DNA of 40,822 bases from positions 1 to 40,822 of the forward strand of contig CAJINV010000005.1 of NCBI GenBank assembly GCA_905178155.1. The letters run 5' to 3'. The DNA is from Amoebophrya sp. A120 (taxonomy: Eukaryota > Protista > Dinoflagellata). Below the pieces are notes generated by a model. The model was not told the origin of the DNA. It ran no database searches and worked only from the letters and a program-made list of their open reading frames with translations. Below, piece after piece: positions 1 to 11,507 of the stretch (position 1 is the first letter of the stretch; each line of letters starts with the position of its first letter). The position numbers and the translations under genes are program-made.

Positions 1-1688
1 GCGGCGCCCCGCTTACTCCACAGATTCACGCCGACCGGCAGCAGCGCGTTCCCGGTGTGTTCGCTCACCTCGGTGAGCGCCTGTACCGCCTTGTCCGGGA
101 GGCGAGTGAAGTCCTGCCTTTTTGTGAAGAACGCCAAGGAACGAAACTCCAGCTGCAAACTGCCCACTTCGGCCAAATTCCCGCTGCGGTCTTTATTCAG
201 CTCGGCAGCGGTCGGTGTAGAAGGAGCAGAGGGTTCTTCTTCATCCTCAGAACTGGCGCCAGCTTCTTCATCATCCCCGGAATCTACTTCGCCAGAAGAG
301 CCTTTTTCGCCTTCGCTGTTCGACCCGGAAACCAGGTCAGTACCGTAGTTGACCAATCCCACTTGAAGAGCCGACGGCGGCGGCTTGTTTACTGCCTTTT
401 TCCGCTGACGAGAATCTTGAATCTTGGATTTCTTCCCGTAGCTTTTATCCTTTCTCCCCATCTTTTTCTCCGCCAACTGAATCATTCGTACCGGAAACAG
501 TCCGTGCCGCGAATTCGCTTTCCCCACGTCCCCAAACGCCTTTGCGAGCAGCGTGTCGCCCAGCTGCTCTGCCTTCTGCAGCAGCGGTTTTTCGGAGCTC
601 AGACTGTAGGCGGAGAGCAGTCCACCCAAGGCGCGAATGGTGATCTCGAAGGTGGAGAACTTTTTTTCCTCTCTTTTCCTGTGTTTGTTCAATTCTCGTC
701 CTCCTGAAGTGTCTGGACGATTTAGCAACCGCAGATCGTCTAGGTGCGCTTTTCGAGACGTAAAATCCGCTTTCGGCGCCGTCACGTTCAGTTCGTTCCG
801 GACAAACTCCAACCCCTCTCGAAATTCCTTGTGCAGCCCCATTAAGTACAAGGTGTCCAAGCTGTCCACGATGGTAACCCCGAGTCCCCCGAGCGGGTTC
901 TGGCCGCCTCCGGTCACTGGGAACACTTCGTCGTAGCCCCAGGCCTGCTTTCGGTAGTTCTCCCAACAGAATCGCATCTCGGCCTTGACCTCCTCCGCAA
1001 GCTGGGTTGCGTTGGTGATCGGGCTTCGTTCAAGCGGGTGGTTAGCGCCGGTGCCGGATTGCTGCGCGACATACAGTTCTTGTAAAGAGGAAATCATGGC
1101 TTTTCCGCTGGTGCTGGGATCTGCTTCCTCTTCTGCCGAGCCGGAAGATTCTTCAAAGTCTTCGTCGCCGCCAAGAGCAGCGTCCTCTTCGCCCGTAGTA
1201 GGTTCGAATAAATGCAGGGCTGTAGGAGTAGGACTATGTCTATGATCTACTGCGTCGGCATAAAAATCTTCTTTTCCTGTGTAGAAGACGTCTCCATCCT
1301 GCTCGATTGCGTTCTGTTCGAGGACCAAATGTTGACGGGCAGGTCGTGGAGCGTTGTTGGAAGGTGTCGTGGACGAGCGACTTGCATTCACTTGTCGTGG
1401 CTGATTGTGTCCTCGTGGTGCTGAACTAGCAGATCTTCCGATTTTGTAGTTTCCGCTCGACGATTTTACGTGCGAAGAAAGACTTGCGGCTCCTCCTTGG
1501 TGTTCGGCAGTGATTTCCGGTACTACAGGAGGCGCGCTTGCTCCGGATGAAACTGTTGCAGCCTCCTGGTGTTCCTTGCGCAGGTAAATCGCCAAAGCCG
1601 GGTTTGGATTACCGCCGATGCTAAAGAGTCCGACTACAACTGCACTCGCCGCAATTTTGCGTATTGCGGTGAGCGGGCGGAACCTCAT
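1..1688 (-). CDS. Glycoside hydrolase family 47 (class I alpha-1,2-mannosidase), 5' part; runs off the left edge of the window
   Basis: Hand translation from ATG at 1688 gives MRFRPLTAIRKIAASAVVVGLFSIGG (signal/anchor-like). In the same frame follow the GH47 blocks AWGYDEVFP (~915-945), GLGVTIVDSLDTLYLMGL (~835-890), FSTFEITIRALGGLLSAYSLS (~600-660) and LAEVGSLQLEFRSL (~135-176). It is absent from the ORF track, consistent with no stop codon inside the window. Confidence 0.95.
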   Translation of the reverse strand, partial: MRFRPLTAIRKIAASAVVVGLFSIGGNPNPALAIYLRKEHQEAATVSSGASAPPVVPEITAEHQGGAASLSSHVKSSSGNYKIGRSASSAPRGHNQPRQVNASRSSTTPSNNAPRPARQHLVLEQNAIEQDGDVFYTGKEDFYADAVDHRHSPTPTALHLFEPTTGEEDAALGGDEDFEESSGSAEEEADPSTSGKAMISSLQELYVAQQSGTGANHPLERSPITNATQLAEEVKAEMRFCWENYRKQAWGYDEVFPVTGGGQNPLGGLGVTIVDSLDTLYLMGLHKEFREGLEFVRNELNVTAPKADFTSRKAHLDDLRLLNRPDTSGGRELNKHRKREEKKFSTFEITIRALGGLLSAYSLSSEKPLLQKAEQLGDTLLAKAFGDVGKANSRHGLFPVRMIQLAEKKMGRKDKSYGKKSKIQDSRQRKKAVNKPPPSALQVGLVNYGTDLVSGSNSEGEKGSSGEVDSGDDEEAGASSEDEEEPSAPSTPTAAELNKDRSGNLAEVGSLQLEFRSLAFFTKRQDFTRLPDKAVQALTEVSEHTGNALLPVGVNLWSKRGA

Positions 1689-2254
1689 CTTGAGTCGATA
1701 CTTTGATTTCTTGTTCGAAGGTTTATTTTTCTGGTCTGCTTCTATCTGACAATTATTCAAGGTCTCGCTTACGCTCCTTCATTCGACTATTCATTAGCGG
1801 ACCTGCCCAACGATAGAAGATAAGGTTCCGCTGGACCAGAAGTCCGATATGAACTCGATCTCGACCTCGAACGAAAAGAATACGATGACGAAGCGACAAC
1901 GACAAGATAATTCGATTGGACGACAATTACGACGAATTTGTGCATGCGAGGAATTGTTCGCATATCGCTATTACTTGCTGTGAACTGGCCTGCTCCTGAC
2001 CGAACAACTCGTGTTCTCAGCTGCGCTTTTTAGAATTTTTGGAAAGTCGATACGTAAGTTGGAGTTGCAAAAATTCTTTCGGTCGTTCATTCTCTGTTTC
2101 TCTTGCGCTGCAAGGCAAGGAGGCCTGTCTGATACGATTCTTTCTAAAAGAAATTGGCCGGAAAGCTTCTACAGAAGCTGCGCCATAATTCAATGCGTTC
2201 CCATCCTGACTTTCCTTCGAAGATCAGATCTTGATTGGAGTCGTGAAGCACTTA

Positions 2255-2422
2255 TTATTTCACCTTGATTTGTATCTTCACGTTGATCTCGACCTTGTCC
2301 CCAATTTTCACCACCGGAAGCTGGATGTCCCCGCCTTTCGGAACATTGCTGCTCACGAACTTGCCGATGTCTTTCCCGGCGGTCTCCAGCTTTTTCCCGA
2401 GAGGCTTGAAGTTGATCTTCAT
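2255..2422 (-). CDS. Putative 55-aa cationic small protein MKINFKPLGKKLETAGKDIGKFVSSNVPKGGDIQLPVVKIGDKVEINVKIQIKVK
   Basis: ATG at 2422, tandem TAA TAA stops. 43 of 55 codons end in G/C against more AT-rich flanks. Same strand as all neighbours. Shorter than any ORF in the track. Confidence 0.6.
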   Translation of the reverse strand: MKINFKPLGKKLETAGKDIGKFVSSNVPKGGDIQLPVVKIGDKVEINVKIQIKVK

Positions 2423-3291
2423 CTTCCTAGTCGCGAGGCGCTGGCACTAGGACTAGTTGTTCAAAAGCGGTACTGGAATCGTTTCACTTTTTATTTAGCA
2501 CTTTAGTAAATATTTAAGAGAATGAGAAGTAGTTTGAAACTTATTGAAGTGACACTGCAAGGTTTGTTCCTGTGCAACAGCAACTACAATGGAAGCGGAA
2601 AAAACTGATACCGATAAAGTGTGAATCTGAGCTCAAGGATCAGGCCGGGCGGGACACTGGTAGTACAAAGTATCTTCCGTGCGTTGATCAACAGAGCGTT
2701 CGAGTTGGTTTTTGAGATGACGCCTCACACTGACCGAGAAAACTTCACCGAGGTTGTGAAAAGCAAAAGCTAGCGTATAAGAAATTCGGAAGTAATTCAC
2801 TCCTGCGTGTGCGCAGTGTGTCCTCTGTGTGGAAAAAATAGAGACACATATATCAATTTTGTCTCTCTTTTACACGACAAAAAAAACCGACACGACTTTT
2901 AATGACCGACAGCATTTCATTATCTCAATCGGAGGCTAGTAGGTACTACAGCTTGTTTGAACACGGTTCTAATCTATATCGATGGCCTGATATTGTTCTC
3001 TATCTGCTCCGTCGGCACACGATGAATTCCCGTCGAATAGAAGCGTTACTTAGGCCCGGCATGAGCAAGTACGATTTGTTTTTGTAGTACGGTGAACTGA
3101 TATAAAAGTGCCTTTGAAACATGTTCGTTCTCATCTCTTCCCGGATTGATCCGTCGAACTCTAATTTTCGATTTCTTTTAATTTTGAAAAATGGGATTCC
3201 TTGATGAGTTGTAGTCCCCAAATCTTCCAAACTTGTTCCAATAAGCAGCAACGTTCCTTTACCACTCGTTGTCTTTCCGTCTTGATCTTCC

Positions 3292-6200
3292 CTACTTCGT
3301 AAAGGGCTGCTGATCCTCCCTTCGTCTTTTTGCTGGGTGTTCATCTTCAACGTTCATCTGCTCTGCATTCCTGGATCGTGAACTCGATATGCTGCTACCA
3401 GCATCAACTGCAGCAACGCGCTTGTTGACACGCGTGTCTGCGCCCTCATTCTCCACCCCATAATCTGCATCGTTTCGCCCTGTGTTTTCCTGATCCTGCA
3501 AAGACGCAGTAGACGCGGACTTGTGCATCCCAATCGCGGCTGCAGCATCTGTTTTCTTTACCTGATCTGGTGGATCGTCATTTTCATCGAGGGATGGTTC
3601 CGGCGCTCCTGCGTCCGTTCTCGCGGGTGGCTTCCAACCACCGCACTCCGTGAAATCTAGGTGAAGCGCAGCCCGGACGTGAAAGAGCGCGTAATAATCT
3701 GCATCGGACGGCATCTTTTCACGAACGTGTGTTTTTTCCCCAAACAACAGCGGATGTACTTCCGCGTAATCGGCAAAAACGGACCTGTAGTTTTATATTG
3801 TGCGTTTTTTTCTGAAAGCCAAGAACGTGCCGCTTCAGCAAAAGCATCTACGAAGGTCTTGAAGTGCTTTTGAGTTATTCACGTTTCTGCAATTTGTGGT
3901 TGTACCCCGCGGGTTATGCCATGAAAGGTTCTGTCAGTCTTTGCATCGCCGGGCTAGCTGCAGTGTGAAGAACTCAAATCAAAATGTTTGAATATAGTAT
4001 CTTCGGCTTTTGAACATAATCATAATTCAAACCATATGAAAATACGCAAGGTCTTCCTGCGAGCACGTGTGGTTCTGGCAGCTCCTTACATGCTTGATAG
4101 TATCTTCTTCGGTTGCGTTGTTCGCTGGGGCTGAGTTGCTGCAACTTTTGTTCGTAGCTCGTTCCTCCGCGCTGGTGCTGGTACCCTGCGCAGGTGAAGT
4201 AGCGGGATCCGGATTTGCAGCGACATCAGCAGATGGGTGATTCGAAACGACGTGCGAGTCCTTTCGTTCGGGCGCACGCTGGCTACAGGTTTTCGAGAAG
4301 CTCTTGTCCCGGCGAGAACATGCTTCGTGCGGCACGCGCTCGTGGAAAATCGGAACCCAAAACAGATTCTCGGTCAGGATCTCATTCGCCTCCAGCTTGT
4401 AGTTACCGGGGTGGTTTGGCCTGTAGTGGCGGCACTTCCGTTCCTCCGCCGTCATAATCCCGGCGACGTCGAGATGTGGGAGAGACGGCGGGCCGAAGGG
4501 TGCCACCCAAACCTCCGCTGCGCTCGTTGGCTGATACTGCGACCCCAAGTTGCCGCCGGTGGTCAAGTATTCACGCACTGCACTCCGGGTCCGCGGCAGC
4601 CGACCCGAATAGGTTTCCGACAGCGGTTTGTTCAGCACGACAGCGCGCCGCGGGCAATAGCACTCCTCTGCGTACAAGTTGCAGGCACGAATGAAACTGT
4701 CCTTCGGCGATGTGCCTTGCTGTGGCGTGACGGAGGAAACGGGGGCCAGCGGAAGCACATGCTCCTCGACTCGCAGGAAGAGGTCCGCAACCGAAACCGC
4801 GGATTTACTCCGATCTCTCAGCGCCTTCGCCAACTCTTCGCGGGAAACTTTGCACGCCCAATCCAGCTCGTGAAGGTACCAGCGCACGCTTACCTTCGCC
4901 CCCCCTTGCATCCCGAGCGCCGCGAACCACCGCTCCTTGGTGTGGCTTTTGAAGAACTGCATCACCTCGGACTCGGAACGTAATTCAAAGTTCATTGGCG
5001 GCTGCGCCTGCGGCTCTGTAGTACTGCTTCTAGCTGCAGCGTAGCAGCTGGGGTGGCCATTCGCGCGGCCAAAATGTCTCGCCTGTGCTCCCGTGGGCGT
5101 CCTGCAAAGTCGGCGGCCCCAGGCGGAAAACGTGAACGCCGGATCAATGGGGACGGCGATCGACCAGGAAAAATCTGCAGCACTCAGTAACTCCACCGCT
5201 CTTATGTGATGAACCCAGTTGTCCGGCGGTCTGCTACGCCAAAGATCACTCCCACAACAGCACAAGGGAAAAATCTTGTCCTGCTGAGCTTCGTCCGCCT
5301 CCGCTTTGGCCGAAGAGTGGAAGCACGCGTGCTCCAACGTCGGGAGAAACTGCTTGTTGGTTCGCGGACCCCCGAGAATCAGATAGCTTGCTGTTCGCAG
5401 CAACAGATTGTAGAGTCGCTCGAAGTCACTGATTTCCCACTGTTCATTCCGGAATGCATCATCCGACCGGGAGGTCGGGGCGAGAGCTTTGTCGTTCTGC
5501 GCCGGGGCACTCCGTACAAGAATGGAGCACGGAAATTCCGGCTTCTTTGTGACGTGAGCGCCAACAACATCCTTATTGTAGGCCGGTTGCGTGGCCGCGT
5601 GGAAGAGGTCCCCGGCGCTGCAGGTGATCCAAAAAAGGGTGAGCGCGTCGAGGAGCTCAAGGCGCACCTGAAATGGGCAACGGTGACGAGGGTTGTGCGC
5701 GCAAACCTGATCGTCGAGCGCCATCCTGAGCCGCGTGGTTTGTAGACGCTCCCAAGGTATAATACGGGCAGAACCCCGACCCAAAATCGCCACAGGACCA
5801 AGGTGCAGAGCGGTACGAGGCACAATGTAGTCTCGGTCTGCGAGCAAAAGCGCGCGCTTGCATCCAACTGTCGCGCAGGCTCGGTTCAACTCGTTTTCTA
5901 GGGTATGGCCTGCGACTGATTGGTGGTTCCGATGTTCCTCCGCCTTACGCTCGGCGTAGCGCCTTTCTTCTAGGCGGGCTTCCCGTTCGTGAGCCGGTTC
6001 TCCCGCATTTGGATTGTTTTGCGCGATTACGTTCCGTGCCACGTTTGCAGCTGCTGCAGCTTCGTCAGCCTTGGCAATGCGATCGACTGCAGTCCGATAT
6101 TCGTCGCCATAAACTGTGTTCTGCATCTCTTCGAAATGGGGAACGTTCATTCTCGCGCTCGTTGGCGGGACATGCAACTCGAGCATGCCGCCTAATGTAA

Positions 6201-9200
6201 GCATGGCATCGAGAACTGGGTACTCGTCCCGTGCAAGTTGTCTCTCTTCGGGAATCTTCGACGGCACCAATGCAAGGCTCGTTTCTACGCTCGACTGGCT
6301 AACGCTAGCACAAAACATGCTGCCGTGGTCGTAACAGTCGACCTCTGCACCTCCAAACATAAAAGACATTTCGTCATGGCGGTGGTCGTCCTTGAGCTTC
6401 AGAACGGTGCTCACGCGGTGGCGCTCGATTTTACCTGTCGTAGCGAATAAACGAGGTCCCCGCGGCCCAGCCAACTGCGGTTCTTCTACATCTTGTCCAG
6501 AAAATTCGGAGCTGCAGCCGATGACGCTGGGTGATCCGGCGTTCTGAGTTTTGTCTGGTTTGCTGACTCGTACGCCAGCGAATCGGTTGCAGTGCCGCTC
6601 GCAGTCGGTAAGGAACTGCTGCATTTGAGGAAAGGCGGCAATGTCTGACTCGGGGAAGTACATCCACTTTGGGTCTTCCCCTTGGTCGTGGGGGACCGTG
6701 TCGTCTTCGAAGCAGAAAGTGCGTACACAGGGGGGGCCATCCGATGGCACTGGAAGCTGAATCCGTGAACCCAGCAGCAACGCCGCCGTGACAACATTCC
6801 TCGAAGCTGCTGCTGTGACCCCGTCGTCCAGCAAATCTTTTGCTACACTTCCATGCTGCATCCGCCAACGCATCGGGGGCAGGCGGTCCACCGCTTGAAC
6901 ATCGGTCAATCGCATGAGATCACCGTGGTGGCCATCTAATTTTTTGAGGGGGTCTTTCACTTCTTTCCGGGCCCGGGCCACAGGAATGATGTGCGGGCGG
7001 TAGTACAGCTGTGCCTGCTTCACAGTCTTGATTCCGGAGTGCAGCAACGTTCCAGGAACTAGCGCCTCTTCTTCTGCTGACGCGTCGTCACCTTTTTTGT
7101 CGTCGAAAAACCCCAGCCTCTGGGCGTTCAGGCTTCGTGCAAACAATTTGTCCAGCCCGTGCAGCCGGCGTATCTGCCGAGGGTGCAGGGGTTGCTCCGG
7201 AGAGTCACTGCGCAGAGGAAAGAGTTCCAAGTTGGAGTACTTTTCGTAGGAGGGTAGGTGGATGACCCCCCCGTCGGGAAGAAACTTCGGCGAATCCCAC
7301 AACCGCTGCAGCAGCGTGCGGAGGTGCTTGCCATGAACTGTGTCGGTGCAGATGTCTTCCTGCTCGCGACTGTATCTGCAGTTGGTCAGCACCCAGCGTG
7401 TGCAGTCGAAGGTAAAATCCTCGTCCTCGGCCACCTGCGCCGCAGAAAATCCGAGCTTTTGCAAGTGATGTCGTTCCGCGAGCTTGACAACCTTGTCCAC
7501 GCCTTGTGTCCGCGGGGAGGTATCTTCTTGTGCAGTTTCTTCCCCGGCCTCGTCGTCGGATGAATCGATTCCAAGAATCGGTCCCCGATGCCATTTCTTC
7601 CAGAGCTCGTATCCATCAAGATCAGGCGAAATTTTTGCCGGAGTTGTTCTTTCGACGGAGGTAGCTGAATCACTACTGCCAGGGGCCAGAGCGGCGCCTT
7701 TTGTGTCTGTAGCACCTTCCGGCCCGTCCTGTTCCAACAGCGGCGCGATGTAGTCTCGCAATATTGGTATGCGATCCAGCAGGGGTGTGGACCGCTTCCG
7801 TGAGATTCGGAAAACCGCTACAAGGCAGTGGCCGTAGAGGCTCTTGAGATCTCGGACGTCGAATTTGGTGCCACGAACAAGGGCGACGGCGTGCAGTCGC
7901 GTAGCGGTGAACCGTGCCGAGCACGGCTCCGGGTGTTCATGTTCGTCCTCCGCAGCCGCGCTCGCACAAGATGAAGCTTCGTCGTCGTTCTGATCCGCCA
8001 CTTCTTCTGCTGCAATCGCAGAGCCGGGATCATCTTTTCTGCTCGCCACCAACTTTTCTTTCGTCTCGTTTTGGCCAACATCCTCGGCACAGGATGCCAC
8101 CTTTTGACTCTCCGACGCACTGCCCTCGTGAGCAGCGTGTTCCACGTCTCCATCTCCTGGCTGCGGTGCCACAGGAGTCTTCCCTGCGAAAGCGGACTGA
8201 CCGGCGCCAGAAGTGCCCGCTGCGACATCAACTACACCTACTTCTACACTTTCTTCGTCTACTACGCCGGGATTGTCGGTACTAGCAGCAGCAGCACCTC
8301 CTTCCTCCGGGACAACGCTCGGAGCCCGCGTCCTGAACCTCGCACGGAAGCTCTCCGGGAGCTCCTTGGTGCTGATCCCGTATGGCATGCACTGGCCCAT
8401 TTCCAAGTTGTCACACGCTTCCTCATCAGTCTCGTCGTCATCGAGGCCGTCCTCTTCGGACCCCTCTTCCGACTCGTCGTCGCTTTCGTCGTCCCCCTCG
8501 ACCATCCGGGCGGCCCCCATGCCAGAAAGCGCGACCGATTCTTTGAAGCGTCCTACCATTGTAGTAGCATTTTTTTCGTTGTCGTCCGAGTTGACATACT
8601 CATGTGGCAGGAGGTGCGTGTTGTAGGCGCCCGGAAGGCAGACTAGGAGTGTGCCGACCGTCCGGTCATTTGTGTCATGCACCTTTCGCAGTACGTCGTA
8701 GTCAAACTTTGGAGCTTTGTGGTCAACCTTCCGCAGAGCCCCGCAGCCGCGAGTGCGCGCGGGGTTACGGGGGTCTGGGGTAGTGTCCGGCTTGTACACA
8801 CAGTCATCTAAGCGAATCTTAATTGTTTTAGACGTCGGACTGTAATCCAGTGTTGATCCTCGAAATCGAGGCACCTTTTTCGGCGGTAAAGCAGCGCGCT
8901 TTCCAGTGCGCTTGTGATTCTCGTGCAATGCGCTGCGGTACTCCGCCGATTCGTCATCCGACTTGACCTCTTCTCCACGCTCTTGCAGGTATTTCGCAAA
9001 ATCTGAACCCAGAAACAACGATGGGCTGCGCGCCTCTTTGTCATCATCTTCATCTTTGTTCTCATCCGCGGCTGGCCCGCCCGTGTCATCTTCACTTCCG
9101 CGGGTGCGATTTTTCTTCGGCTTGAATGAGTTACTCCAGCCTCCGTCCAACCGCACGAAGTCCAACTCCACCGGGTAGGGATATTCAAGGTGCTTCTCGA

Positions 9201-10431
9201 GAGCGGCGGGAAGGCCCTTGTCGATCAGCACTTGCTGCAGGCTTTTGTCGCCGCACGTGATCTCCACGTCGTTTTTACCGAGCGATTTCGTCAACAGGTG
9301 TCGGTAGGGTGGAGGCGACCGGAAGGCTTCCAAGGGAGAATATCTACACCGCTCCTCAGATTCCTCCTCTTCGGTGGAGCCGTCGCAGGGAGAGAGCCCC
9401 GGAAACAGCAACCCGGGCTCCGGGCTTTTGACTAGAGTTCCGGCTTTGCTATGATGCGGCTTCGAATGGTCGAAAACTACGTTGGTCCGGTGCTCTATCG
9501 CATTGCGTTTGAGACCGTCAAACAACTTGCGGTCAATCTTCTTCATCCTGTGCAGTAACGGATCCAGTCGCCGACCCTGGTCGCGAAGCACGAGATCCGT
9601 CAAAAATTTGCGCACCTTCTTCCGCGCCGCACAAACCTTGTCTCCGGCGTCCAACCGCTTTCGCCACAGATCTTTTGCTTTTTCCTCCTCCTCGGCGGTC
9701 GCATTTGCGGTCGTGTTCGAAGCAAGGACGGCTTGTTCGGCTTCGCCAGCGCCACGTCCCCCATCCACTTCGGCTCCTTCTACGATAGAAATTCTTATAC
9801 TATTTTGCTTGTCGTCTACTACTTCTTCTGTCACAGCGTCTTGCAGTTCACCCCCGCCGTTGTGCGGTGCGCTTTCATTGGATTTTTCTTGCACTCGATT
9901 TTCCTTTTGTTCAATACCATCAGGATGGGTAAGAACTTCGGTGCCCGTACAAGCTGCACTGCCTGTGCGAACTTTTTTCTTCTCTTCAAGTTCTCGGTCA
10001 TAGTCCTCCTCTTCACGCTTTGCTTTTCGCCACGCCCGCACAGCCGTTACTAATTCGGCCGTGCCATCACTACCAAGTTCCTCCTCCGACAACTCGGCCA
10101 AAAGCTGCGACAGCGGTGGCCGGACGATATCAAAGGAGCTGGTCTCCCCACGGACGGCCGCCTGGTCCTCACTACTCCCCTCTTCTTTCTCGTGCAACAG
10201 CGCGACGCGTGGTGGCTCTGCCACGGGAATCGTAATCTCTGGAATGCAGAACCGCGCCCCCGCTCCGGCCAAAGCCCGCTCCAGAAGATACAGGCCATGC
10301 CTGGTCGACGCGACATCCACGGGAGTTCCGCCAAAGTCTTTTTGCCGAGGGAAGTAGTCGGGCACCGCGCCCAACTCGTAATCTTCCAGCGGTGGCTCCG
10401 GGGCAACGTCCTCGGTGAACGACGTTGGCAT
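3292..10431 (-). CDS. Family A paralog A1 (~2,300 aa): degenerate 2OG-Fe(II) dioxygenase-like N-half plus unknown conserved C-half; spliced
   Basis: ORF 4027..10515 (first ATG 10431) plus terminal ORF 3292..3747 carrying the family motif AALHLDFTECGGWKPP. A frame-consistent GT-AG model has exons 10431-4090, 3953-3883 and 3784-3292; the middle exon is tentative. Shares many colinear motif blocks with A2-A4. Confidence 0.85.
3785..3882 (-). other. Canonical phase-2 GT-AG last intron of A1
   Basis: AC|GTGAAT...CTACAG|G TCC joins into the frame of the terminal exon. The donor depends on the tentative middle exon. Confidence 0.55.
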
Positions 10432-11507
10432 CCTCGAAATTTTTGTTTGAAAAACTACCTCCTGATTGCGATGTGGGCGAAACACCGCTTGCGAACAGAA
10501 AATGTTTCGTATCAAAAAAGAGCCAGGGTTAACTTAATATCAATGGGTCATCTTTGAAATAAATGGTGATGATCGCAGCTTCAATCATCTGTTTTGAAAG
10601 CAACAAGAGTTGTGAAGTTGCGTCTGGTTTTGCAAATTCATTTCACCTACGAGAGAGAGAGTAAGACAATCTTGGTTGGCGCGTCGAACTTCTTCAAGTC
10701 TTTGTCTTACTTCAAGTCGATGCAGATTCACTTTCAGAAGCTGATGAAGAAGTGCAGCATGATCACTGTAGTCGTTTATCAGAGCAAGCCTGTAAGTACA
10801 ATATGCGAGTCGGTGAAATTGCATGTTGAACTCAGTGCCTTCGACGAGGAAACGAGAAGAACTACTGATCGTATCAACGAGAGGTAAATAAGTAGGTATG
10901 TGCTGCAGTTGCGGAAGTCGCGGGGACGATTAAGCACTTACTTTATCACACCTTCTTCTAATTCTTTGACACGAAAATGGCGCCAGCTGCTGGCAAGCCG
11001 ACGGCAATCTACTATGTGGAACGATGTGGCAAGAGGCACGCCGTGAGTAACAGGAACTGTGATCGCTCTGCGTAGGATCATCAATCTGCTCATCCTCATC
11101 ATCCATAATGGCACTAAAATGCTGTCGTCATCATCTGATCCGTTCTGAAACAATCACGTACTGCTAGTACAGGCGCTCGATACTGATCTTGGCTTTCGAG
11201 AGCTGTAAGATGGACGATACACAACCGCCCAGGCATTGCTTGCACAACCGGGCGAGCAGCGTTGACGACACACATCACGAAGATGGATCTTCCATGCGAA
11301 TATTCCAGGCGGAGGACAAGTCAGAGGTATCCAAAAAAAGTTGCTCGCATGGAGAAGTAAGGTGTCCGCGTCGGTTGGGGACAATGCACAAGTATAAATA
11401 ATTTTGAAATATTATCGTCGACAACCACAAGTCAACTCCAAACACTCAAAGTACTTAACACTAACTCACACCCACTGAAAATGCAATCGTCTGCTTCCAC
11501 CTCTTGC

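Noticed and set aside
445-966. 173-aa minus ORF in the track
   Set aside because: Wrong frame; the GH47 motifs are in a different minus frame.
3000-3350. 116-aa minus ORF overlapping the A1 stop
   Set aside because: No homolog after the other A copies and AT-rich distally; most likely 3' UTR.
3820-3890. Hairpin suggesting a GT...AC intron 3882-3827 in A1
   Set aside because: That junction runs into an in-frame TAA at 3795-3793; the AG at 3785 is needed.
10585-11401. Short ORFs in the B1-A1 spacer, and similar ones at 21610..21918 and 31456..31671
   Set aside because: Not conserved among equivalent spacers and no recognisable motifs.
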